This document shows, piece by piece, positions 37,919 through 49,900 of a stretch of DNA of 64,000 nucleotides. Made by a program: the position numbers and the translations under genes. Every line of letters begins with the position of its first letter. The stretch's first letter is position 1. The notes beneath the pieces are model-generated. The model saw only the letters and a list, made by a program, of their open reading frames with translations. It ran no database searches and was not told the DNA's origin. Source of the DNA: Enoplolaimus lenunculus (Eukaryota); assembly GCA_030248215.1 (NCBI GenBank), contig JASANG010001414.1, forward strand, positions 1-64,000, in the 5' to 3' direction.

Positions 37919-40502
37919 ATTAGTACGTGATAATATTTGCCAGAGTTGATATAAATTAAAAATTGTTTTGGAATACTTTTAGTATTACAGGCCAATAGAT
38001 ATCTGGACACCCCTAAAAGTAACATGGGCCAGCATTACTACCAAATGTTCTTGATACTAATGCATTTTAAACCGAACTAAATGCGGCAATACTTGCTGAA
38101 AGTCACGCATGAGGTTACGCTCAGGGGTGCATACGTGGGAAATAAGAAAATATATCATACCTATTAGACCTATGTAACTACTGGAGACGGCAAAATAGCA
38201 TATTTACAGGGACATGCATAACAAGGCTGATTCTTGGATGGCAAAACTTTTTCTAGCTCGTTACGCTTGCTTGTAAAATAGTTGTACATCATGAGCTCCC
38301 TGCTCAGGTTTCGTGAGAAAATCTATCTCTGATTCGAAAACTGAGACTTCGATAGAATTTTTGCCAAACGTTCCGGAAACAGTTTGGGCGCCGAAATTTT
38401 TGGTATAATTTTCTGAACTTTGCATTGGTTTAAACGATTCTGTTTGTACCTTGTTCTAATTGTTAACGGTTAAATACCAAAGCTTCATCGGAAAGGCTCT
38501 CAAAAACAGTTTTTAACACCACTTCATGAACTGCAGAATATCGTCCCGTCTTCAGTTCTGGTAAAGCCGGGACCGACTTACTGTCCAGCCAAATTTGTTG
38601 ACCATCTGCTCTATAGATTCTATTTCAATAATTTTTTACTTGCAGTTGCAGCGTGTATAGCTGTATTCAAACTTTAGGTAAATTATACGATACAACTCGT
38701 CAAAATTTTCCTGTCAAACCTTCAAATAAAGTTATTAAGGTAAACAATTGAAATTGAAAACTTTCCAATGCTAATCGCGATATCCGAGGACATTTTCAGG
38801 AAACAGCATAAAGCACATTAAAGTGTAGGGGGTCACATTCAACTTGAGCACAGCAAATAGTGCATTGATTCACCTTTAAACTAGGCAAAATACGGTGGCC
38901 TCTCAAGCATTTTAATTGTGAAAGCCGCCCATGTAAAAGATCAGTAGCGAAACGTATTTATGCGGGACTGCAATAAAGTAAGCTTACGTTTTAGACTAAT
39001 TTTTTGCTTTAGGTTTAAAAATATGTATATATTTACTACTATTGCAACCCTAATCTATACATTGGCTGTCAATTGTCGGTGAATACACTGTAGAAGAGAA
39101 CATGATAGCGCATTTACAGTAAACACAGCAACACAAAAGCGATAAAGAACCCATACAAATGTTCCCACAATTTTAGACATAGAATTGCGACTTGTTACCA
39201 AGGCATATGTTTATACCAGGCAGAAAACTGACAGTATACTAAAACACTAACTTTTAATAGAATCGGACCAGTAATACATGCCTTAGTAACCGTGTAAAGA
39301 AAAATACGATAAGCTCAATACCTAAACAATATTTTCTGCTGTTATGGTGAAATAATTTCGAATCGTATTTTTAGCTGATTTTTTTCGACAATAAACCATG
39401 CGTAAACTTCGATTGACGTGAGACAATTGACCATTTTGTAGCAGGCCGCTGTCAGTTTTAGAATAAAAGTAAAAATATTGGCAAAAATCATCTCAGATGT
39501 TTGCAGTATTGCTTTATTTTATTGAATCATATAGGTTTTACCAAAGAGTGGATAATCGCTATTTAACGAGAGTGTACAACTGCGCAGATTCTGTGTAGAA
39601 AACAATATACCTGGTATGCGTTGCGTTTTTGGCCTACCACACTTTATTTAGGAGGGCACAACCGGTGCGAACCATGGCACTTTATGTATGTGGCGTCAAA
39701 CATGGTCCGCTTGTAGTTTAATTTAGAGGTATACGTGTGATAACGACCCACATTTTGTACCATGCGTCAACAGAGCTTGCTGTATTGATATTCTTGTAAA
39801 CCGGAAACAGAAAACAGCAAAATTACTAAAATTACAACAGACTGTAAAACATTTTTAGTCAAACTTGTGAAACATAAGTTCCTGCGAAAATTTAACCGCA
39901 TTGTATTCTTTACCGAAAAATATCGTCTAAAATACTTTAGAAATAGATTTGAAAATAATCAAACACAATCAGTCACTCCAATCAAGTGTCCAAGTGGTAC
40001 AGAATGTACCAGCACGCGTTGCGTATTTGCTCGACCCTTCAACGGAAGGGTAGGCGTTGCTTGCACCGTTGAAAATAAGATAAAACGAGTAACTGAATCT
40101 GCTTGAATTTAATACTTAACAGGCGTGAAAGTTGCAGAAATCTACAATGTTTACTCCCGTAAATAAGGGAGGTAAACCAAAAACACAACGTGCGCTGGGT
40201 ACATTCTTTCCTACGCAGAATGTGTGAAGTTGCACACTCTTGTTACACGTAAGTATCCACTGTTACTCCCATATATAACTATAGCAGCTTTCAGCTGAAT
40301 ATGCATGGTCTAATAATAGCATGTAGCCCGGTCGTGCTATAGCAACCTAACATAAGCAATACGTTTACAGTTGTATTGACATGGCAGATATATAAGCAAT
40401 CTAGTATATACAGTTCGAATATGAAGATAATGTTTTCATGCTTTCATGATTTGGTAATTTTCCAAGTAACGCTACAAAAGTACTCTCAAACTGCTACGTT
40501 AA

Positions 40503-40773
40503 CCCTTTCTCACATGAAAATTTTCAATTTCACTTGACATATAACAGTAAAGATGAAATTCAAATGCCAGTCTTGCAGGTGGGAGGCGTTTACGTTAACC
40601 GCTCAGTCGCATAAGCCTGACGCTTGAGACCAGGAGCTCATAAATTTTGTAGAGATTTTACACTGCTCATATATGTTAGAGAAAACTATTAAAAACCGCT
40701 CACTATGCGTATATATATTGCTCGTATACTATTTGTATTTAGTTGCTCATAGTATACTCTATGAGGGAAAAGG
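40503..40773 (-). mobile_element. piggyBac-like MITE with degenerate tRNA-derived segment
   Basis: ttaa|ccctttctcacat ... atgagggaaaagg|ttaa; homologous to 18274-18531. Confidence 0.8.
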
Positions 40774-41099
40774 TTAACTATTTGCGTGAACATTCGTTAT
40801 CGAGCCTTGGACATTGCAGCTGTACCTGACACTTGTAAAAAATGTCAGTTGTCACTGCAAGCCTTAAGACATATATTTTCACGGCCGGTGTTTGCTCAAA
40901 AAAATAACTCGGCTTTCAAAACTTTAAATATTTGAAATCCTCAGTACCTTTTCTGATCATTTCATACCCATATATACTGTTCGACGTAGCTTGCGCTTTC
41001 GGCAACGGTGTAGCGGACAAATGCAAACTTTGCGAACGTGTGTGGACTTCTGTAATTTTGCGAGAAAATTAAACTGTAAGGGTAAATTTTAGAGGAAAC

Positions 41100-41398
41100 A
41101 CTAATTTTCCGCTAGGAAACCTGGACAGGTTTGTTTCTGGCAATTGAGAAAACAGGACAGCTGCCATTTTTCGCTGGGAAAACGGGACAGTTTTGTTCCG
41201 GGCACATGGAAAAACTTGACAGCTACAAATCCGCTGGAAAAACAGGACAGTGGAGACATGCCTTTTTCGGGCGAATGAGTAAACGGAACAGCAGCTGTTG
41301 TTCGCTGGAAACACGGGAAAACGGGACAGGTTCGGTGCGGGCAAATGGAAAACGGGATAGCTGCTAATTTTCCACAGAAAAACAGGACAAAGGGACAC
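41100..41398. repeat. Degenerate minisatellite (~30-bp unit, core gctggaaaaac(a/g)ggacag)
   Basis: About nine recurrences of the aaaac(a/g)ggaca core. Confidence 0.75.
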
Positions 41399-43937
41399 AA
41401 ATCAAATTCTTTTCAGATTGTACAATATTTGTTAGATCCATGGAGTGACCGAAGATTTTGGCAGCTGATGTTTGCTAGCTGTCACTTCACTCTGTAAACC
41501 TACAGCCTTGCCAACCACAGCTGACTTGCATATCACTGCATTTTACCTGCATTTTACCTTTATGTAGTTTATGACGAATTTTTTTTCGTTAAAAACACAG
41601 GTAGAGTTCAAAATTTCTGAACTAGGGGATGCGGAATGGATCGAAAAATCAATTTTAATCGCAATGTCTGGCCGAGATCAATTATATACTCGTTAGCCAG
41701 ACGTCTGATTGATAAACATTTACCAATATTCGTCTTTAGCTGCAACATGTGTTCAATGGTATATAATTTGCATAATTTCTCAACAAATAAATTTTGAGTC
41801 CAATGGAGGAATTTGGGACCTTAAAATTTGAATTTTTTAAAAATTTAAGTTTTGGCGTGGAATAATCGGAGGTCAACAGAACATCAGAAACTCATGAGTG
41901 GAGCGAGCTAAAAGAAGTCACGCTTGTTTTTTGTAAATATATATTATATCCAAAGACACTTATGGGTTTTTTGACATCAAAGCCTCTCAATTGCTGTAAC
42001 CTCGCGATCAAAGCGAGGTTGAAGCTAGACATATTCTTCCCCATTGTCGACGAAACCTAGTATTACATTCAATCTCATGGCAAAGCTTCAATTCTAAAAT
42101 CCATTTATATATTCAAATGCTGCAATTTTAGCACTTTTCGGACATAATGTGTCCTGCTGAACATATACACACGGTCACTGTTAATGTGTTGCATGAAAAT
42201 TAGTTACATGTCGTCTAAAAACGTAATATATCGTATTTTGTTACAATTTATATTTAAGAACCGTTTAATATTTTTCAATTTTACCACTTTTTTCCACCCC
42301 TCGGAAAAAATGGGAAAAAATGAAAAAAACTATTTATTCCGGTAATTTTTTCTGGCCTAAAACCCTTCCTGAAAGTAACATGGACCGATATGGTGATGAA
42401 CTCCAACATTAGTATTGACTACGTGGAAAATATTCACTGCTTAGGCACGATCTAAAAAGTTCGGTTTAGCTTGTTTTAATGATCAGAGTAATACAATTAA
42501 ACAAAAGCTTCAGATACACAGCAAAGTTGCGAGCACCTGTGAAGTCACCGTCGGGTACAAATTGGCAGAATACACAAATTATAAAATATACACAAGTAGT
42601 TCCCCTGTGCTAAAACAGTATTTCCACCATTAGTGTGCCGAATGCATTACCTTATTTACAACAACTTTTTCACCGCACTATAAACCTGTGGGAGCACATA
42701 TCAACATTTTATGCGAATTAATAGCAAATGGGCAACGTGGACCTGAAAAAGAATAAACGATAAAAACGTAGCTAGTGCAAGGAAAAGGTCGAAGGTGAAC
42801 ACCAACGTGACGCGGAGGGAACGCTTGGACCCCGCGTCCCACCTGACAGTTATTATGTATCAAAACCTTTTTACAATGCATTAGTGTAAAACAGTAGTGT
42901 TAGCTAACTGGAAGCTTTGTTTCTGTTGGCTGTTTGTTCTAGACACAGGTGTGCGAATCTGCTGTTTCAGTTGCGTCGCAAACAAATAGTAGGCTCATGC
43001 TGCAATTTTTGGCTTTTAGGAAACTCACTATATAATAATAAATATCTCTTATAATATATAGATATAGGATAGGTATAATGTTTCCGGCAGTGGAATTGCA
43101 CGCTTGCAACACTTCTGTAATTGTTCCAGTGTTGAAATGGAGATCATTTGCAGAGTTCATGGTATACACAAGTTCATGTCTAACTTCGCTGGGTGTTGGT
43201 GTTAAAAAATATCGGAACAGCATAAAGCTTCTGTGGTTTTAAATCGCTATAAAGCGTGTTATAACTTTACAATGCATATAAAGAAATTGTTTATATCTAA
43301 ATATAATACGTACGTGTCATCGATATGACATGGGGAGAGCATATATGGAGGCCAATAAACCTCATGTTAATGCAACACATCGGCTAAAACGCAGATTCAT
43401 ATGTAGCACTTTCGTCTGCAGAAGTTGTAATACATGAAAGAACCAAGGTACATGTAATATTGAGGTTAGATGTGCGGCATATATACAAATGTAAAAATTC
43501 GGAAGCTGATTGTGAGGCAGCGTGGCTGAGTTTAGCGCTGAATTGACACTGTAGGCCATGGACGATGAGGTCGAAATTTAAAAGGACCCTCATTAATTTA
43601 TCTTATTCGAGAGTTTATTTATCTTCGGGACTGGTTAGCTTGCTTTGTTGCACGAAGTTCGCATTATAATTCTAAACATCAGTCTGCCTCTAATGTAAAC
43701 CGCACTGTTGGTACTATAAACACATTGTTCGGAGAAATTAGCTTAATTGCGTTTGTTCCAGTTACCTAGCAATGTTCGTAAAATGATGAATGAAACTTTT
43801 TACTTTTCAGTTTTTTCAGATATTTCATTTTATAGATTCAAACAACTTTCGTTTCTACAGGGAATGTATGATAAACACATAGTGCTGCATTAATTAATTA
43901 TGTTCGTTTTTAACATTCGTGTTCATTCGAATTTTAG

Positions 43938-46900
43938 GAAGAAATCAATGAAACATGCAGTCTGACTGGTGAAATACCTCTTTTTAACGTGTTCGAGTGT
44001 ATGTTTTCAAATAATATTGGCATCAGTTGGTGTGTTCTATTTCGTATGAATTTTGGGTCTTCGGTTTTGTCATAAAAATCCGGCTATGGCTTCTGGTTAT
44101 TCCAAAGTTTTGAATTTGTGGTTTTTGTTAACGTGACATGGTAAATTTAACTTTTTTCTTCAGTGAATGGCGCATATTTTGTTTCGTTTGCGTTTTATTT
44201 TAGATAAAGACGAAGACGGTGACAAAATTTGTGTAGAATCTGACGATGACTTTCAAGCTATGATTGCTCAAGTGGGTGAGCTGATCTTTCGCAAATGATT
44301 TGTCTTTTCCTTTTCTATAGTTGGCAATAATAATAATAATAATAAGGGTTAATGGTTGAACACATTTCTTTTATTTTTGTCATGGGCTATTTATTATTGT
44401 AAAGAAGCTTTTGCTCATGCCAGTGTATAAATTATAAAATGGCAAATAATATTGTTTGCATTGAGGTTAGTCTAAAGCGCAACCATAAGGCGAAAATTAA
44501 TTATTTAATGGATTAGATATTTTCTTGATGGTTTCAGATTAGCCAATGTGTCGAACTGCTCAGCAACACCGGAGTATTTTCCATATTTCCCAAATATCCG
44601 GAAAATGGTAATGTTTAATTGACTTGCAAATATACGTATTAGTGTTTGATACGTATATACGTGGCTGAAGGTTGCTACGCGACTATAATTTTAAACAACC
44701 GAAACTTTAGTAATGTTATTTTTATTTTTGACACATTTTCACAGCTATAATAATAAATTGGGATAAAATGTTGACCAGACCTAGGGACACGTGGTACTTG
44801 TTTGATCTGTCTGTTTTGTTTGCTATACTTTTCCGCACACTAGTATTCATTTGATAGTATTAAATTATTAATCCAGTCAATATGTGTAGCGGAAAGTTAA
44901 CAAGTACCTATCTCGATCTGTCTAGCATGATTATCGTTTAACATGTTGTTAATTATTATTCAGATGCACAAAGTCTACCTGATGTATCTATAGATTCTGT
45001 AAGTTTATTACTATTACCTACTATACATTTTGGTTACGGAAATGATTGGGCATGTTGAAATACGGTGGTTTGCTGTATAACCAAATAGGATACAGAAACT
45101 TAATGAGATAAATATTATAAATATTATTTGACGACAAGGGATCAACCGGAATTCCTCCAAAAATCAATTCCTGTTCTTGCATTCAGAGATTCAGGGGCCA
45201 GAATTTTTATGGTTTTATGGCAAATAATTATTCATAATCATTTGAATGTTGGAAACTTTGTCTTTAATAAAATTTTATTTCGAAACGAATGTTTTTGCAA
45301 GTATAATTTTAGTAATAAACTGTATCTCATATGTTTTCGCAAAACTTGGTGATGAAATAGCTGATAATTCGTTTAAGTTATTTTTTGGCATGTTTTCTAA
45401 AAAGTCAAATTTTAATTCTCGGTGATGAAGACTGTTAAAGAAATTGAATTCCTGTTCCTGTTCCGGTAAAATTTAGTTCCTGTTGGAACCTTAGACGACA
45501 CCTATTTTTTAATTTATATATATTTTATAGGGGCCGATGACTTCAGAGGAAGAAATATTTCAACAAGCGAGAAGGTTTATTTGTAATGTGTTGTTGCGCT
45601 ATGATTGGAGTTTTAAATTTAGAGCACTCGATGCTAAAGTCAGATAAAATATTAAAGTTGGTTGATCCTTGGCTACCCAAATTCAGCGACGCAAATCCTC
45701 ATTTCAATACTTCTTGATGACGAGAGGGATGTAACCTGGAACTTTTGTCAGTGAGCTTTTAATTATTTGCTGAAAGCATGGCGTATCATTAGTATTTTAA
45801 CCTGCGGTCAACTGGAGGTTTGTTTAAATGTTATATGCCTAGAGCTTAATTATTTATTCTTGTTTTAAGGAACGTGTCCTAGCAAGTATTACCAACGGTT
45901 AGTTGATATTATATTCACTTATTGGCAGTCATATTTTGTACTGTTTATTTTAAGCGTAAAGAAAGAAGGAAGTGTTGAACTGGAGCATATATTGGATACG
46001 GACAGAATACAGCCGGACGGAATAAAATATTTACAAGTGCTTGGCGCAGGAAATTGTGGCACTGTGTACAAGTATGCAAATTAGTAATTAGCTTTTTACT
46101 ATGGTGTAACCAGGGGTGAAGAATACCAGAGCCGGAGGCCAACAAAATTTGCTGAAGCCGTACTTGAATCAAAATTAGGTAGGTAAAATAATGTTTAACA
46201 TATTTAAATTTAGCTAATATCTGTCAAGTCATGCATTGTTCACAATAAAAATTTTTATTTTGTCACCGAAAACATTATATATTAGGGTTAACACATGTCC
46301 AGTTTCAAAATTTATTGCCCTGTCATGCGTTAACCCTAGCCTTACACAAAAATTGCGTTAACCCTACCCTAGCACATTTTACTGCCCTATCCTAATACGT
46401 GTCACAGAGCATTTTGTACGTACCGAAGGAAACAGTTTTGTAAAACAATGCAAAATTTCATTAGCGAAATTGTCCGAGCTTCCGGCAGAAATTGTACTGA
46501 AGCAGTATGTCGATTTTCTGAAAAAGTCGGCGGCAGATCTCAGGTTGTGCCTTGGTTTTTTGGCGTATCCAATTTGTATTGCATAGTAACTCAATCCAAC
46601 TTTGATCATAGCAACTTGTTTGAAATTTTCTTAAAATGACTTTATATTAATACGTGCATCTATTTTTAAAATTAGCGCCTAACTAGTATTCCTCGTTACT
46701 CAAAAGTAGGTTAATGGCAGCCGCCTTGAAATGGATTGCATAGTTGAAGGTTACCCTGCCCGGTTACTACAATTTTTTTCCATTGAAAAAAAGAAACAAA
46801 ATTCATTTTATTATAGGGCAATTGATGTAAAATCTGATGTCTTAATGGCTGTTAAATCAATTTCGCTTGATGTCGCGTACGATGTTCAACAACAAATTTT

Positions 46901-49900
46901 ATCTGAAATGCAAATCCTGTATAAAGTGTGTTAATCGTAACAATTTGAATTAGTTTGTTGTTGCAGGAAGACGCTAGATAGAATGATGTCTACGTTAGCG
47001 TCCTGTAATGCAGAAATGTGCAGTCTTAAAATATTTAAACAGCGTTGAACCGGTATATCGGTATCTCGAAAATCAGGGTATCGGTACAGGCATTTTTAAG
47101 ATTCGGTAAATTCAGTGTATCGGTGTAGGCGTTTTTGGGAGTATACAGATACCGATACGTTTAATTTTACAGTATTCCCAGTAGAATTGAGTCGAACAAA
47201 CATGTTGAAAGAGAATTTGAATCTTGATACAGAACAGAGTGACGGCTATGAAAAACTGTTGAGACAGTGGTTCACTTGTTCACTGCATTTTGTTTCAATG
47301 AGACATTTGTACCGGCTCTTGTCTTTTCAGGCATTGACTTTAAAAAGGCTTCAGAAATTGCCCATTTGTTAAGATAGTTTCATGCAAGCAACATCTTGAA
47401 AGTTGAAAAAAATTATAGTAGACAAAATTCCGGAATACATCCGCTTATTTACTAACTCATCTTAAAGCTTGATTTCGGAGCACTAAATTAAGTACAAGGA
47501 CAATTTTATTTATAATTTCCAGGTTTGACGGTATGGTATACAAGAAAAGCAGGGGTATCACTATATCGGAATTTTGCTGTATATATCGGTTCAACACTAC
47601 ATTAAAGCATTTTACGTTCCTTTATATGCAATGGCTAGAACAAATTATGTGCCATTTGCAGCTTCCACTACTTTGTAGGTCGCTTAACCATTTGGTATTG
47701 GTTATGATATATTTTTAATACGTTTTAAACTGAGTGCCTTGTGGGTTATTTTTAGCAAACAACAATTTTCTACGTTGTTTGAGTTGCTATAGTGTTTTTA
47801 GTTTTATTTTAGTGTAACTGTGATCACATAATTGCGTTCTATGGCGCATTTTTTGCGGATAACAGTATTTTCATTTGCACTGAATTTATGGACGGTAACT
47901 ACTCTAAATGATTATTGTTTTATTCTGTCTGAATTTGTTGCAAATGGTGCAATTCTACACGACCTATGTAAAATTTACTTGTATAAAGTTTGTTGCATAA
48001 ACTTTTGTAACACGATATATTCCATAATACTGAAATTTTTGTGTGTTTATGGAACAGTTATCGACATTTCGCACACAATCGTACGTTTTAGTCTCTTGGG
48101 TTAACTCCCATTTTAGAATCCAAGCAAATCTTTGTGTTCATAACCGAGGTATGATTACATTAGGTCAACAGTATTTTTGGCATTGCATACTTTTATTTTG
48201 AGCACAATGGTCTTGTCAGTGTATATACGTGGTTTTAATTTCAGGGTTTGCGCTAAACAATGTTGGCATGCTGCCCGAAAATATATTGGGTCCAGTGGCG
48301 TCTTCTGTGGCTGAAGGGTTATCATATCTGTGGTCGCTGAAGATAATGCATAGAGGTATGGTAAATGTTTTTGTAACTAGTACCTAGAAATGCAAAATAG
48401 GTACAGCGTCATAGTGTGATCACGTATGTTTCGCTGACACTGCATTTTTGTTTTTTGCGGGATACGGTATGTGTTTTGGTAGGTAGGCGTGGGGTTTTCG
48501 TTATCGTTAAACTGTGGAAAACACTACTTAGTCAAAGCTCTTCCTCCAAACTTGGTTTGCACCGAGGTTCAAAGTCCTACTCAAGGTTTTTCTTCCGGCT
48601 GTTGACCCTCGCAAGGTTGGGCATTGGGACCTTGCGAATGCTCAGAAACGAAGTACGGTGCGCCTTAATACTAGTGAATGCACATTCTCAGATAGATTTA
48701 AGAGTACAATAATTGAATTATAGGAACCGTAATTTGTAGACATAACGCTTTAAGTGTTATGTAATGTTATTTTGTTTAACTATTCTTTGTTTTACGATTC
48801 GCAATGTCGATTTTTTATGTTCATTTCAGACGTGAAACCGTCAAACATTTTGCTCAATTCGTCTGGAGCTATTAAGCTATGTGATTTTGGTGTGTCTGTA
48901 CAGGTATAGTGTTATCGGTTTGTAAATTTGCCTTGTATTGGTTTTTTGATGGATTTCTTGAAAACACAAGTCGATAGCCATAGTTTTGCTATTCACCACA
49001 TTGAAATTTACTGTTTTCAAATTAATATGGCTTATTATTTAATGAACTATACAGAGATTGCATGTTATTTTAAGCTGGCTAATTCTATTGCGAAAACCTA
49101 CGTCGGAACGAACGCATATATGGCGGTAAGTTTTGTTTTATGTTCAAGTAGTTTTAGAATTAATATTTAAAAAATCGCATCAAATCGAACATTATTTTGA
49201 TCAATAGTAATTTGAAAAAACTTCGTTCATATTGCTGTTGTTATTTTTATCAGCAAATAGTTAAAACAAGAGTCTTATTCAGATGTGAACGTAGTATTTT
49301 CATTGCATCAGTGATGTTGTGAAATTAATATTTTCAGCCAGAACGAATCCTTGGAGATGAATATCGAATATACTCGGATATTTGGAGCTATGGATTGTCA
49401 CTTTTTGAGGTACATAAGTTATGATACAATCCTGGCAATGAACTATGACGTTTACCAGTTAGTGAATTGCTATTTTCGTCGGGAGAAACATTCACGTATG
49501 TTTCGGTTGATTACAACTTTACTTCCTTGGTTAATTTGAAAGGTATCCTAGACTTTTTAGATCCTAACAGCTGGATGCCACTTTTTGCCGAAGCTACGTA
49601 ATCTGTTATACTAATATTCACCCGAGAATGCAGAACCATGTTCGAATTGACCCTGATGGTTTTTCATGTCATTCAAGTTGGCCCAGTTGCAGTTATACTG
49701 CTGTCAGTTTGTGACATGTACGATATGGGTTTTGAATTTACTTTAAGAAATCAGGTTGAGTAAAAAAATCTGGTTTGTTTGATTATAGGCACTAGAATAT
49801 TTTAATTTAAAAATTTTCAGAAATAAGGGGCATTTACTAACTAATTTTTTAAAATTTTATGCCATATTTACCATTTGTGCCATATTACATGCTTTGATGT

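Noticed and set aside
43340..43870. MAP2K5 first exon candidates
   Set aside because: Several ATG/donor combinations exist but none gives a convincing PB1 N-terminal strand, so I left it unresolved.
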